Positions 25,457-34,500 of a stretch of 62,228 nt of DNA are shown here, piece by piece (position 1 is the stretch's first letter; the number at the start of each line of letters is the position of its first letter). Made by a program: the position numbers and the translations under genes. The notes below the pieces were generated by a model. It did not search any database, had not been told where the DNA came from, and saw nothing but the letters and a program-made list of their open reading frames with translations. The stretch spans positions 1-62,228 of the forward strand of contig CAXMND010000131.1 in assembly GCA_964194675.1 (NCBI GenBank), read 5' to 3'. This stretch comes from an uncultured Coxiellaceae bacterium. Lineage in GTDB: Bacteria; Myxococcota_A; Polyangia; Polyangiales; Houyiibacteriaceae.

Positions 25457-26453
25457 GCGATAGTGTGCAGAGCTCCAGTACGGCGTCCTGCAGGACTGCG
25501 TCCGGTGGTCGTTTGCTGCTCTTGAGCGCCATGTCGGTTCGGGCGATGAGCGTGAATGCTTCGCCTAGGGTGTCCGCAGTGAACTGCCGCGCGGAGGCCG
25601 TGAGGTCGCTCGCCTTGAAGGGTGGGGCGCCAGCCCGTTTGGCCGCTTCTTGGGGACGTAGGCCTTCGGACAGCGCCTCCCGCATGCGCGCGACGATCCG
25701 AAGCTGCCGAGCGACCATCGCGAGAAGACGTAGCGGAGGTTCCCGATCTGCGAGTAACGACTGAGCTGCGGCAATGCCCTTGCGTCGATCCTTGAGCCCG
25801 ATGGCGTCGACCAGGCTCCAGATCGATTCTACGCGAATCCGGGTCACGCACGTCATCACCGCGTCGGGATCGATGCGTTGTCCCGCGCCTACGAACAACG
25901 AAAGCCTTTCTACCGCATCGTCGATCGCAGCGAGATCGTCACCCACTGCGTCGAGAAGCGTTTCGATGGCTCGAGGCGCGATGTTGTGACCACGCGCGGT
26001 AGCCTCCGCACGAATGAAGGCGCGAAGTTCTCGACCCCGCATCGGCTTAGCGTCGGTGAGGTAACCTTGTTTCTTCGCGACTTTCGCGAGTTTTCCACGG
26101 CCGTCGAGCTTGTCCGCGGTCAACACGAGACTCGTCGACTCGTTGGGATCGGTCAGATATTCGGCGAGATTCGACTGCTCGGTGGGCGTCATCGCATCGA
26201 CGCGACGTACGAGCACGAATCGTTTATCGGCCATCATCGGCAGGGTCCCCGCCGCCGAGATCACGCTTGAGGCCTCGAGACCTTTTCCATCGAACAGGTC
26301 CACGTTGAAGCCGGGAGTACCGCTTTGATCGATCGCCTTGCGAACGGCATCGACCGCGCGTTCGACGAGAAGACGCTCGGCCCCGACCAATAGATAGACC
26401 GGCTCGAGAGAGCCCTCGGCGGCTCTCGTGGTGACTTCATTGATGCTCAGCAC
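25449..26453 (-). CDS. holA: DNA polymerase III subunit delta HolA
   Basis: LEPVYLLVGAERLLVERAV N-terminus. Length and helical C-terminal domain are consistent with delta subunit. Convergent 8-nt overlap with rpsT. Confidence 0.8.
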   Translation of the reverse strand: MLSINEVTTRAAEGSLEPVYLLVGAERLLVERAVDAVRKAIDQSGTPGFNVDLFDGKGLEASSVISAAGTLPMMADKRFVLVRRVDAMTPTEQSNLAEYLTDPNESTSLVLTADKLDGRGKLAKVAKKQGYLTDAKPMRGRELRAFIRAEATARGHNIAPRAIETLLDAVGDDLAAIDDAVERLSLFVGAGQRIDPDAVMTCVTRIRVESIWSLVDAIGLKDRRKGIAAAQSLLADREPPLRLLAMVARQLRIVARMREALSEGLRPQEAAKRAGAPPFKASDLTASARQFTADTLGEAFTLIARTDMALKSSKRPPDAVLQDAVLELCTLSPS

Positions 26454-26456
26454 GTA

Positions 26457-26993
26457 CTAGCGAGCTTCGTCGTCCGAAAAGGTGACTTCGCCGCTGTGTT
26501 GTACCGCGTCCCCGAGAATTTGAAAGCGATAACGCCCCACCTCTTGCCGGCGGACCGTGACCACCATTTCCAGGCGCCGGTTGGGCTCGAACTGGGGTCG
26601 CTTGAGATACATCTTGTGAACGATCGTCTTCTGATTGCTGTCGCTGACGAAGACCGTCATCGCTGGGGCGATGAACTTCCGATCGGCAGTTTGGATGTCG
26701 TAGAACAGCACCTCGAATTCGGAGTCGCGGACCGGGGCGTTGAACGACGCCACCAGGTTGGCTCTCCACTGTCGATCTTCGACCGCCATTTCTGCGGTCT
26801 CACGAAGCCGCGTAGCCTTGTGTTGACGCGCGAACCGGAGGACCCCGGCTTCGGAAAGCGATCGCGGGATCCCCTTCTGCGTAAGGTAGATCGTCGCTCT
26901 CAGCCCCGTCGCCGCCTCGGCTCCGTCCCATGGGGTTAGCGCGCAGATGATGGCTGCCGTCGAGGCCGCGATGAAGGCGATTCGTAGATTCAA
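26457..26993 (-). CDS. hypothetical secreted protein (occupies the position lptE holds upstream of holA in proteobacteria)
   Basis: TTG start at 26993 preceded by AGGAG with a 6-nt spacer. (M)NLRIAFIAASTAAIICALTPWDGAEA looks like a signal peptide. The track ORF extends to 27428 with an Arg/Pro-rich N-terminus that does not look coding. Confidence 0.5.
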   Translation of the reverse strand: MNLRIAFIAASTAAIICALTPWDGAEAATGLRATIYLTQKGIPRSLSEAGVLRFARQHKATRLRETAEMAVEDRQWRANLVASFNAPVRDSEFEVLFYDIQTADRKFIAPAMTVFVSDSNQKTIVHKMYLKRPQFEPNRRLEMVVTVRRQEVGRYRFQILGDAVQHSGEVTFSDDEAR

Positions 26994-27044
26994 AGCTTGC
27001 TCCTGAATAAGTCCCAGAATCAGGCTAACAACTGGAATTATGCA

Positions 27045-27068
27045 GTGACAGGGTGACAGGGTGAGACA
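27045..27068 (+). repeat. three tandem 8-mers GTGACAGG GTGACAGG GTGAGACA in a divergent promoter region
   Basis: Read directly from the sequence. Located between the 26993 (minus) and 27175 (plus) gene starts. Function unknown. Confidence 0.6.
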
Positions 27069-27174
27069 ATGTAGGGCTGGCGCCGATCCGTCCTTCAAAC
27101 CCCAGTCGAAAAGTTGTCCGGGAAGGCGCGGACCGCTAACTCCGAGCGAGTAACTAGGGGGAGCACGGCGTTCG

Positions 27175-29586
27175 ATGACGACAGTCGGCGGGGGAGTCAG
27201 AGGCCTGGTCGCGCGGGCACAGCGGGAGGCGCAGAGGCGCGCCCACAGCCCGTCGACCGGATACCTCCTTTTGGTGATGCTTCGGTCGGGCGGGCCCACG
27301 GGGGGGCTCCTCTCGCGGCTTGGGGTTCGGGAGGGCGATCTCTTGAGCGCGATCCGGGTCGTCGATTCGGAGCCGGCCAGTGCGCTCGAGCGCGCGGTGG
27401 AGCGGGCGTACCGAATCGCCAAGGCCATGGGCGCCGATCAAGTCTTGCCCGCTCACCTTCTGTTCGCGATCGCCCGAGACACCCGTAGTACGGCGCATCG
27501 GAGTCTCGAACAGATCGGAGCTGGGCCGAAACGCGTCCAAGAAGCGGCGAGAAGCCTGCTCTCGCCCGATGACGCGCACGCCGAGCGAGCGTCGACCTAC
27601 ATTCGCCCCGCAGCCCCGGCCAAAGAAAGCCCGGGCCGACCCTCGCGACCTTCCGCGCGTCCAAACGTAGTAGCGGCGCCCCTGATCGAGCTTCGCGTCG
27701 AGAAGCCGGAGGCGTTGATCGAGTCTGAACCGACTGAAGAGGTCCCGGCCGAAGAAGAGCTCGTCGTTCCCTCTTCCTCTCCCTTTGCGCTCGACGCGGG
27801 TGCTTATCCGATGCTCTGCAAGCTCGGGCGGAACCTGACGGAGATGGCATCACTCGGGGAGATCGACGACGTGATCGGACGGGATGCCGAGATCGAACGA
27901 TTGCTCGATGTCTTGGCTAGGCGTCGTTCGAACAACCCTCTTTTGGTGGGGCCGCCCGGCGTCGGGAAGACCGCCATCGTCGAAGGGCTCGCATGCAAGA
28001 TCGCTCTAGGCGGAGAGGGCGTCCGAGGACTGGAAGGGACGATCCTGGTGGAGCTTTCTGCAGGTGGATTGGTCTCCGGGACCGGCGTGAGGGGCGCGCT
28101 TTCCGAACGGATGCGTCGTCTCCAGTTCGAAGTGAAGCGAGCCAATGGCCGCATCGTGTTGTTCATCGACGAAGTCCACGCGCTCTTCACGGGAGGGGAC
28201 GCGCCGGACGACTTGGCGCACGAGCTCAAGGCGTCGCTTGCCCGCGGTGAGCTCCCTTGCATCGGCGCGACCACGGATGTCGACTACCGCAAATACGTCG
28301 AACGGGATGCCGCACTCGCTCGCCGATTCTCACCGATTCACATAGCCGAACCTTCGGCGGAGGACGCGATCGAGATCCTCCGCGGCATTACGCCGCGGTA
28401 TGAGGTTCATCACGGCATCGCCTATGCACCGGAGGCTGTCGAATCCGCGGTCGAGCTGTCCGTGCGCTACATGGCGGAGCAGACGTTGCCAGACAAGGCG
28501 ATCGGGCTGCTCGACCTAGCTGGAGCCCGGATCCGTCGGCGCGGCGGCGTGATCGTCGACCGTGAGGCCGTCGCCCAAGTCGTTGCGGAAAAGGTTCGTG
28601 TTCCAGTCGAGCGACTCCTCGTGACCGACGCGCAGAAGCTCCTCGATCTCGAGCGACATCTGGCCGACCACGTCGTGGGGCATGCAGGCGTCATGACTCG
28701 CGTCGCCGATGCTCTCCGCAAAGGCGCTGCGGGGTTTCACGGCGACCGTCCCCTCGCGACCTTTTTGTTCACTGGTCAGACGGGCGTCGGGAAGACCGAG
28801 ACCGCCAGGGCCCTCAACGAGCTGTTTTTCACCGGATGTCCGATGACCCGAATCGACATGAGCGAGCTCAGCGAATCGCACGCGGTAGCCAAACTCGTGG
28901 GCGCTCCACCAGGGTACATCGGACACGACGCGGGCGGTCAACTGACCGAGGCCATTCGGCACCGACCGTACCAGCTCGTCTTGCTGGACGAGATCGAGAA
29001 GGCGCACGTCGACGTACTTCAGTCGCTATTGCCGCTGCTCGAGGATGGACGGTTGACCGACGGCAAGGGTCGTACCGTCGATTGCACGCACATCATCATC
29101 GTCATGACATCGAACCTCGGAGCGGAATGCGCCAGTGGCAGTCGGGGTTCGATCGGTTTCCGAAGCGCTTCGACACGAACGGACGATGGTGAGTCTACCG
29201 CTCTTTCGGCTGCGCGACGTGCGCTTCCGCTCGAGCTTTGGAACCGTATCGACGAACCGCTGTTCTTCGGTCCCCTCAGTCGAGACGAGGTCGCCGAGAT
29301 CGCTCGGCGGCTCATCGCCGGTGTGATTCGGCAGCTCAGCGAACGTCAGGGAGTCGAGCTTCGGGTCGACCCGTCTGCGATCGACGCATTGCTTGCTCTG
29401 GGCGGCTACGAAGCCGACCTCGGGGCGCGACCGATGCGACGCGTGATCGGGCGCCTCGTCGAAGCTCCACTTGCTGCCGCGATCCTCGCAGGCGACTTCG
29501 AAAAAGGCGATCGGATCCTGGCGAGAGGCGATTCGAATGACATTCGCTTCGAGCGCGCCGAGGGCTCTGTCGAAGCCGCCGAGTAG
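27175..29586 (+). CDS. ClpA/ClpC-like AAA+ unfoldase (two ATPase modules, Clp_N repeats, short or absent M-domain)
   Basis: D1 motifs LVGPPGVGKTAIVEGLA and VLFIDEVHALF. D2 motifs FTGQTGVGKTETARAL and LVLLDEIEKAHVDVLQSLLPLLEDGRLTD. RGSIGFRS contains an IGF-type ClpP-docking tripeptide. Confidence 0.8.
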   Translation: MTTVGGGVRGLVARAQREAQRRAHSPSTGYLLLVMLRSGGPTGGLLSRLGVREGDLLSAIRVVDSEPASALERAVERAYRIAKAMGADQVLPAHLLFAIARDTRSTAHRSLEQIGAGPKRVQEAARSLLSPDDAHAERASTYIRPAAPAKESPGRPSRPSARPNVVAAPLIELRVEKPEALIESEPTEEVPAEEELVVPSSSPFALDAGAYPMLCKLGRNLTEMASLGEIDDVIGRDAEIERLLDVLARRRSNNPLLVGPPGVGKTAIVEGLACKIALGGEGVRGLEGTILVELSAGGLVSGTGVRGALSERMRRLQFEVKRANGRIVLFIDEVHALFTGGDAPDDLAHELKASLARGELPCIGATTDVDYRKYVERDAALARRFSPIHIAEPSAEDAIEILRGITPRYEVHHGIAYAPEAVESAVELSVRYMAEQTLPDKAIGLLDLAGARIRRRGGVIVDREAVAQVVAEKVRVPVERLLVTDAQKLLDLERHLADHVVGHAGVMTRVADALRKGAAGFHGDRPLATFLFTGQTGVGKTETARALNELFFTGCPMTRIDMSELSESHAVAKLVGAPPGYIGHDAGGQLTEAIRHRPYQLVLLDEIEKAHVDVLQSLLPLLEDGRLTDGKGRTVDCTHIIIVMTSNLGAECASGSRGSIGFRSASTRTDDGESTALSAARRALPLELWNRIDEPLFFGPLSRDEVAEIARRLIAGVIRQLSERQGVELRVDPSAIDALLALGGYEADLGARPMRRVIGRLVEAPLAAAILAGDFEKGDRILARGDSNDIRFERAEGSVEAAE

Positions 29587-29591
29587 CCTGC

Positions 29592-30392
29592 CTAGCGGTG
29601 CTTGACGACCTGTCGGATCTCGTCGGCTCGGCGGCGGGGCAGACCGGCTGCTTCGGCGCTTTGCAGAATGACCGGGAGCAAAGCGTCGTACGCGGACAGC
29701 GCGCGACGGCTGACGCGGCGGAGGGCCCGTCGATGGCGGTCCACGGTGGACAAATCGCCGCGGGCGACGGGACCGGTAAGGGCATCGGGGACACCCAAGC
29801 TCTGCACGTTTGCGCCGACACTCTCCAGCAAGCCGCCTATCGATCGTTCCGCGTCGGTTCTTGCCACCCCCAACCGTTCGAGCAGGCCTACCGCGACGAA
29901 AGCCAAGGCGGCGGCCCCGTTTGCGACGAGGGCGGCCGCAGCGTGATAGATCGGGTCGGCGGTTTCGGACACGATGACCCGAGCCCCGCACGCTTTGCCG
30001 ATGCGACGGCTCATCGCGATGGCACGCGGGGAGCCGTTCACGACGAAGGTTTTCCCTTCGAGATTTGGGTGACGTCGTCTGCTCGGGAACGACACAAGCG
30101 GATGCATGACTCCGACGTTCGCCCCATGGGCCGCGCATGCGTCGAGCTCATTCACGCTTCGTGCGCCGGCACAGTGAAGCACGGTGGTGCCAGGTTTCAG
30201 TTCTGTTGCGATCCGTTCGGCAACCAATTGGATGGCATCATCCGAAACGGCCAAAATGACCACATTCGCATCTCGGAGGGCGGAAAGATGCAGCTTGCGG
30301 CCCACTACGGTGACGTCATGAGTTGCATCGTGGTCCAACGATCGGCGCAAGGCGTTTCCCACGCGGCCTCGGCCGAGGATGGCGATATTCAT
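29592..30392 (-). CDS. Rossmann-like and DUF2520 domain protein (predicted NAD(P)-binding oxidoreductase)
   Basis: MNIAILGRGRVGNAL dinucleotide-binding start. C-terminal GPVARGDLSTVDRH resembles DUF2520. Confidence 0.65.
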   Translation of the reverse strand: MNIAILGRGRVGNALRRSLDHDATHDVTVVGRKLHLSALRDANVVILAVSDDAIQLVAERIATELKPGTTVLHCAGARSVNELDACAAHGANVGVMHPLVSFPSRRRHPNLEGKTFVVNGSPRAIAMSRRIGKACGARVIVSETADPIYHAAAALVANGAAALAFVAVGLLERLGVARTDAERSIGGLLESVGANVQSLGVPDALTGPVARGDLSTVDRHRRALRRVSRRALSAYDALLPVILQSAEAAGLPRRRADEIRQVVKHR

Positions 30393-30952
30393 GCGGTGCC
30401 CTGGTACAGCCCCTGCTCGCGGATGTGGGCGATGACTGACGTGGGCACCACTCCCGAGACGTCACCTGCGTTGGAGAGCCGAGCGCGGATATCGGTCGAA
30501 TTGATATCGGGGATCGAAATCGGACACCCCTCGGGGACGGGATATCCTTGGCGTCCGACGACGAGCGGGGGCGCTGCTCGTACGACTTCGTCCCAGCGGT
30601 GCCAACGCTTGGTGCCGGGTAAGACATCAGCGCCCATCAACAGCCGAAACGAGGCGTCCGAGTGCGTCGACTCGAGTGCTTCGATCGTTCGTAGGGTGCG
30701 GCTCACACCGCCGAGGCGTTGCTCAATCGATAGGACCTCGACGTGTCGAAAGGGCGTGAAGGCTAGCTCGCACATCACGAAGCGTTCCTCGAACGAAGCT
30801 CCGTGTTCCTTATCGAAGGCATGCTTCCACGTCGGAATGATCCAAACCTGATCGACATCCGTTGCGGACAGCGCCCATGCGACGGACAGCACATGCCCCA
30901 GGTGAGGCGGGTCGAAACTACCGCCGTAGAGCACGACGTGCCGGGCGCTCAT
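30389..30952 (-). CDS. nadD: nicotinate-nucleotide adenylyltransferase NadD
   Basis: VVLYGGSFDPPHLGHV is the (H/T)xGH motif. ATGA overlaps occur at both ends (30949-30952 and 30389-30392). Confidence 0.85.
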   Translation of the reverse strand: MSARHVVLYGGSFDPPHLGHVLSVAWALSATDVDQVWIIPTWKHAFDKEHGASFEERFVMCELAFTPFRHVEVLSIEQRLGGVSRTLRTIEALESTHSDASFRLLMGADVLPGTKRWHRWDEVVRAAPPLVVGRQGYPVPEGCPISIPDINSTDIRARLSNAGDVSGVVPTSVIAHIREQGLYQGTA

Positions 30953-31542
30953 GGGGCCACCTTCATCTTGGCGCCTCGCCCTCTGATGGGCTCGGTCCAC
31001 AAGAGTTCACCGGTCAGATCCATCGCGCGCAGTGAGACGCCGTCACTTGCCGCTTCATTGCCGAGAATCCCCACGTGGCCGCCTTCGAGACGTCCCGGGC
31101 TGAAAAAGCAGCGGGGTCCGTAGCGCTTGAAGGCCAACTCTTTCGCGTCGCCATAGATCACGACGTTTGAATTGATGACGTCCTCCTCGCCGATGCTCGA
31201 CCTATTTCGGACCAATAGGATGATGCGATCGTCGATCATCTCGATAGCATTCGCTGGTGGCCGAGGAAGCAGGCGCAGCTTTTCGAGGTGTCTCGCGCCC
31301 CGAAGTGCACGTAGCACGTCGGTGATCTCGCTTGGGGAGCCGGTGGCCGCCACCTGCGCGACACGCTGCTCGAAGCTCGACTCGCTCTTGTCGCGTTGGT
31401 GCGCCGTGATGAAATCGCGAATCGCCTCGTCGGCGCCGAGATAGACGATCATGTCGACTTCGAACTCGGTGACCAGGAGATCCACCGCCAGCTCCAAGAG
31501 AGCCGAGTCCGATTCTGCGGGGCCGACGACACCAAATCGCAT
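30949..31542 (-). CDS. hypothetical protein (possibly a degenerate metallophosphoesterase-like fold)
   Basis: 197-aa ORF translationally coupled to nadD. MRFGVVGPAESD resembles the MRIGVISDTHG start of YfcE-type phosphoesterases but lacks the metal ligands. Confidence 0.4.
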   Translation of the reverse strand: MRFGVVGPAESDSALLELAVDLLVTEFEVDMIVYLGADEAIRDFITAHQRDKSESSFEQRVAQVAATGSPSEITDVLRALRGARHLEKLRLLPRPPANAIEMIDDRIILLVRNRSSIGEEDVINSNVVIYGDAKELAFKRYGPRCFFSPGRLEGGHVGILGNEAASDGVSLRAMDLTGELLWTEPIRGRGAKMKVAP

Positions 31543-31545
31543 GGC

Positions 31546-34500
31546 TTATGGATCTACACCAGCTTGGGTGCGAGCTTCAAAATGTGCATCACTCAAGGCG
31601 AACCGAATGAGGCCCCAGGCCTCTGGGGTCTCCCGGACCATCGCTAAACGGGCCGCCGCCGAGGTCGGAAGCTCCCGCCCTGCGACCTTCAACAGTGCGT
31701 TGACAGCGGACGGGACGTCACCGGTTAGGGTCAATGCGATGCGGCTGCCGAGCTGGGCGATCGCGATCGGAACGGATCGGGAGGAAAAATCGGTGTCACC
31801 GCGGATCTCCAGGACCAGGCTCTCCACTTCGTCTCGCCAGCGGCGCGGAACGGCTCGCACCAGCTTGCGGCGCAGCTCTTGGGCCTCGGGTGGAGCGGGC
31901 CGAGTAGCGCGACTTGCCTCGTGGGTGCCGAGAAGGGCTAGCAGCGCGGCATCGAGGTCCTCCGGGCTGGCGCGGAGCCCTGGCGACAGATGGTTGCTCG
32001 CAATCTTCAAGGCTCTGGCAAAGAGGAAGACCCGCTCTCGGCGTGTGGTGCGCTCGGGCAAGTTGGCGCCGAGGACGAGGGTAGGCGGGTCGCCTGAAAT
32101 CGGCATGCAGGCCGTCGGCGATGCATGGGTTAGCCGAATCCTGGGCTCGCTGATCCCGAGCCCCTCAGCGGCCAGTCCCGCTTCTTCGATCAGTGCACGC
32201 TGCTTTCCCGAGAGCCTCCGAAGTCCCCATGCCCCTGCGTCGAACGGAAGGACTTTTTCGAGGCCCTGCTCGCACAGGGTGAACAACCGAAGGGCGGTCG
32301 GGGGAAGCGCTTTGGGTGCGACGATCCGATCCACCGCCGTCGACAGTGGCAAGTGCGCCTCGCCAAGCGCTTCGTCGTTTTCGGTCACTGTGCCAATGAA
32401 AAGGGAGGACGGATATCCGAGTGCGATCGCGGCGCTCGCGGCACACGAGGCGGGCCCCAGGCCATGGCGCCGATTGAGCACGCGAACCAACGTGGTCCAC
32501 AAAGCTTCGTCCTCGGGACGCTCGTCGATCGCTTCGCGCAGATCCACGACGGCGCGGTTCAAGTGCATCGCGGAAGCCGGGACCGCGCCTTGTCGATCGA
32601 AGTGATCAGCGAGAGCGAGGATCACGTCGACTTCCGTAGGCTGTTCGCTCCGAAGTTGCTCCAAGGAAAACTCCGCTTGTCGAGGTTGCCCCGCAGATTC
32701 GATCGCAGCTGCGAGCCGTATTCGATAGTCTCGATCTTCGGCGTCGTTGCCCGCTCGCCGCACCAGCTTGGCAAGAACCCGGGCAGCTTCCTGCGCCTTG
32801 CCCTGCACGTTCAAGACCGAGGCCAAGCGGTCGAGCGTCTCGTCGTGCGCCGGCGCCAATTTGAGCACCTGGCGAAGCGCTGCTTCGGCACGAGGCAGGT
32901 CCTGCAGTTGTTCGTCGTAGATCTCGGCGAGCTGTGTGAAAGCCCACACCTGTTCATCGACCGATCGCTTCAACCGCACGATTCGAATTAGGGCCTCGGT
33001 CGCCCCTTGCCAATCGCGTTGGCTTCGGTGCGTTTCGACCAGCTCGGTAAGGGCCGCGAAGTGGTTTGGGTCCAGTTCCAGGCACTCGCCCAGCGACTCG
33101 ATGACCCCTTCGATGTCGTCCCTTTCTCGTCGTTGCCCCGCCTGCTCGAGCAGGAGCGCGACGAGTGTGGGCGTATCAGCCCCTGTCTCGATCCGCGATT
33201 CGGTGAGCGCCTCTGCGTCCGCCAGCCGACCCTGGCTCCGATAGAGGGATATGAGGCGGCGGTACACATCGAGGTAAGTGATGTCCGATTCGGTCGCTGC
33301 CACATATGCGTTGACCGCTCGCTCGGGATCCTTGAGTTTCTCATCGAGAATGCTGGCGGCTGCGTTCCAAAGCGAAGCCGCCCGGCGTCCGTCCTTCGCC
33401 CGTCGCGCCGCCTCCTGGTAGAGCGACGCAGCCTCTTCCCACCTTCTCGCGGCGTGCAGCAACCGAGCTTCGACCTCGAGCGCCAATGGGTGCCCCTCGG
33501 CCTCATCGAGGGTCGCGAGCGCGCGCTCAGGCTCGTTCATCCGCTCGAGAATGTGCGCACGTTCGAGCGCTAGGGCGCCTCGCTCGAGATCGCTTGGGAG
33601 GTGTGTTTGAATAGCCGCCAACGCGCGCAACGCCGTCTCGGATTCACCGCGAGCGTACGCTCTGCCGAGCACTTGTCGCGCCAATCCGGGGTCCGGGTCG
33701 ACCTCGTCGTTGATTCCGCGGAGTAGGCGATCGATGTCGGACGCCATGATGTCGGGGTCGGACCGCAACACCTCCACCATCAACCGATACCTTGCGGCGC
33801 GCTCGGGGGTTTCCGCTGGGAGGCACTTCAGAACTCGCTTGGCGCTCGACAAGATGCGTTCGCCGTCTTGCTCGCGGAGCGCGTCCCATTCGAGGACGCG
33901 TGCAGTTGGCAAGTGATCGGGGCGAGATTCGGCGATCGATTGCAGCGAAAGGCGTGCGCCTTGCATGTCGCCTCGTGCAAGCCGATCAACCGCCGCCATG
34001 GTGCAGAGCGCGCCGAGCTTCTCGTCTTCGTCCTGCGCCTCGCGGGCGCGCCGCATGGCCGAGTCCGCAACCCGGGCAAACTCGGATGCTTGTATCTCCG
34101 CCTCCTCGCACGAGGCCCGGAGCGTTTCACTGTCCGGCTGGTGGGAGACAGCCTCGCGGAGTGCCTTCGCCGCACGCGCCGGGAAGCCTGCGCTTTGGAA
34201 AGCGGTCGCCGCTCGCTCGAGGTAGGGGGGCGCGTCGAAATGGTTCGCCGCAAGAACCAGCAGCTCACCGGCGGCCTCCGAGTGCCTACCCGCGGCTTCG
34301 ATCAGATACTCGAGTAGCAAAGGATCGGGCGCGCGTCTGTCGAGGGCTGCTTCGGCGTGGTCAAGCCGGTCGGGATCGGATCTGGCCCACATCGAGGCGC
34401 GAAGCCACGCTACGGCCGAGCTGGACGTGGGTAGAGCGGCCTGTGCCGCAGCGGCGCGCTCGCGCACCGCCGAGGCTGAGGGGCCGTCTTCGAGCTCCCA

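Noticed and set aside
26994-27428. N-terminal 145 codons of track ORF 26457..27428
   Set aside because: The Arg/Pro/Ser-rich extension does not look coding. An AGGAG-TTG start at 26993 followed by a clean signal peptide gives a far better gene model.
29026-30851. Long ORFs 29026..30138 (minus, 370 aa) and 29598..30851 (plus, 417 aa)
   Set aside because: They overlap the ClpA-like gene or lie antisense to the well-supported DUF2520 and nadD genes. They are extremely Arg-rich low-complexity sequences with no recognisable motifs.
31451-32605. 384-aa plus-strand ORF
   Set aside because: It is antisense to the giant TPR gene. The Ser/Arg/Ala-rich composition is a high-GC artefact.
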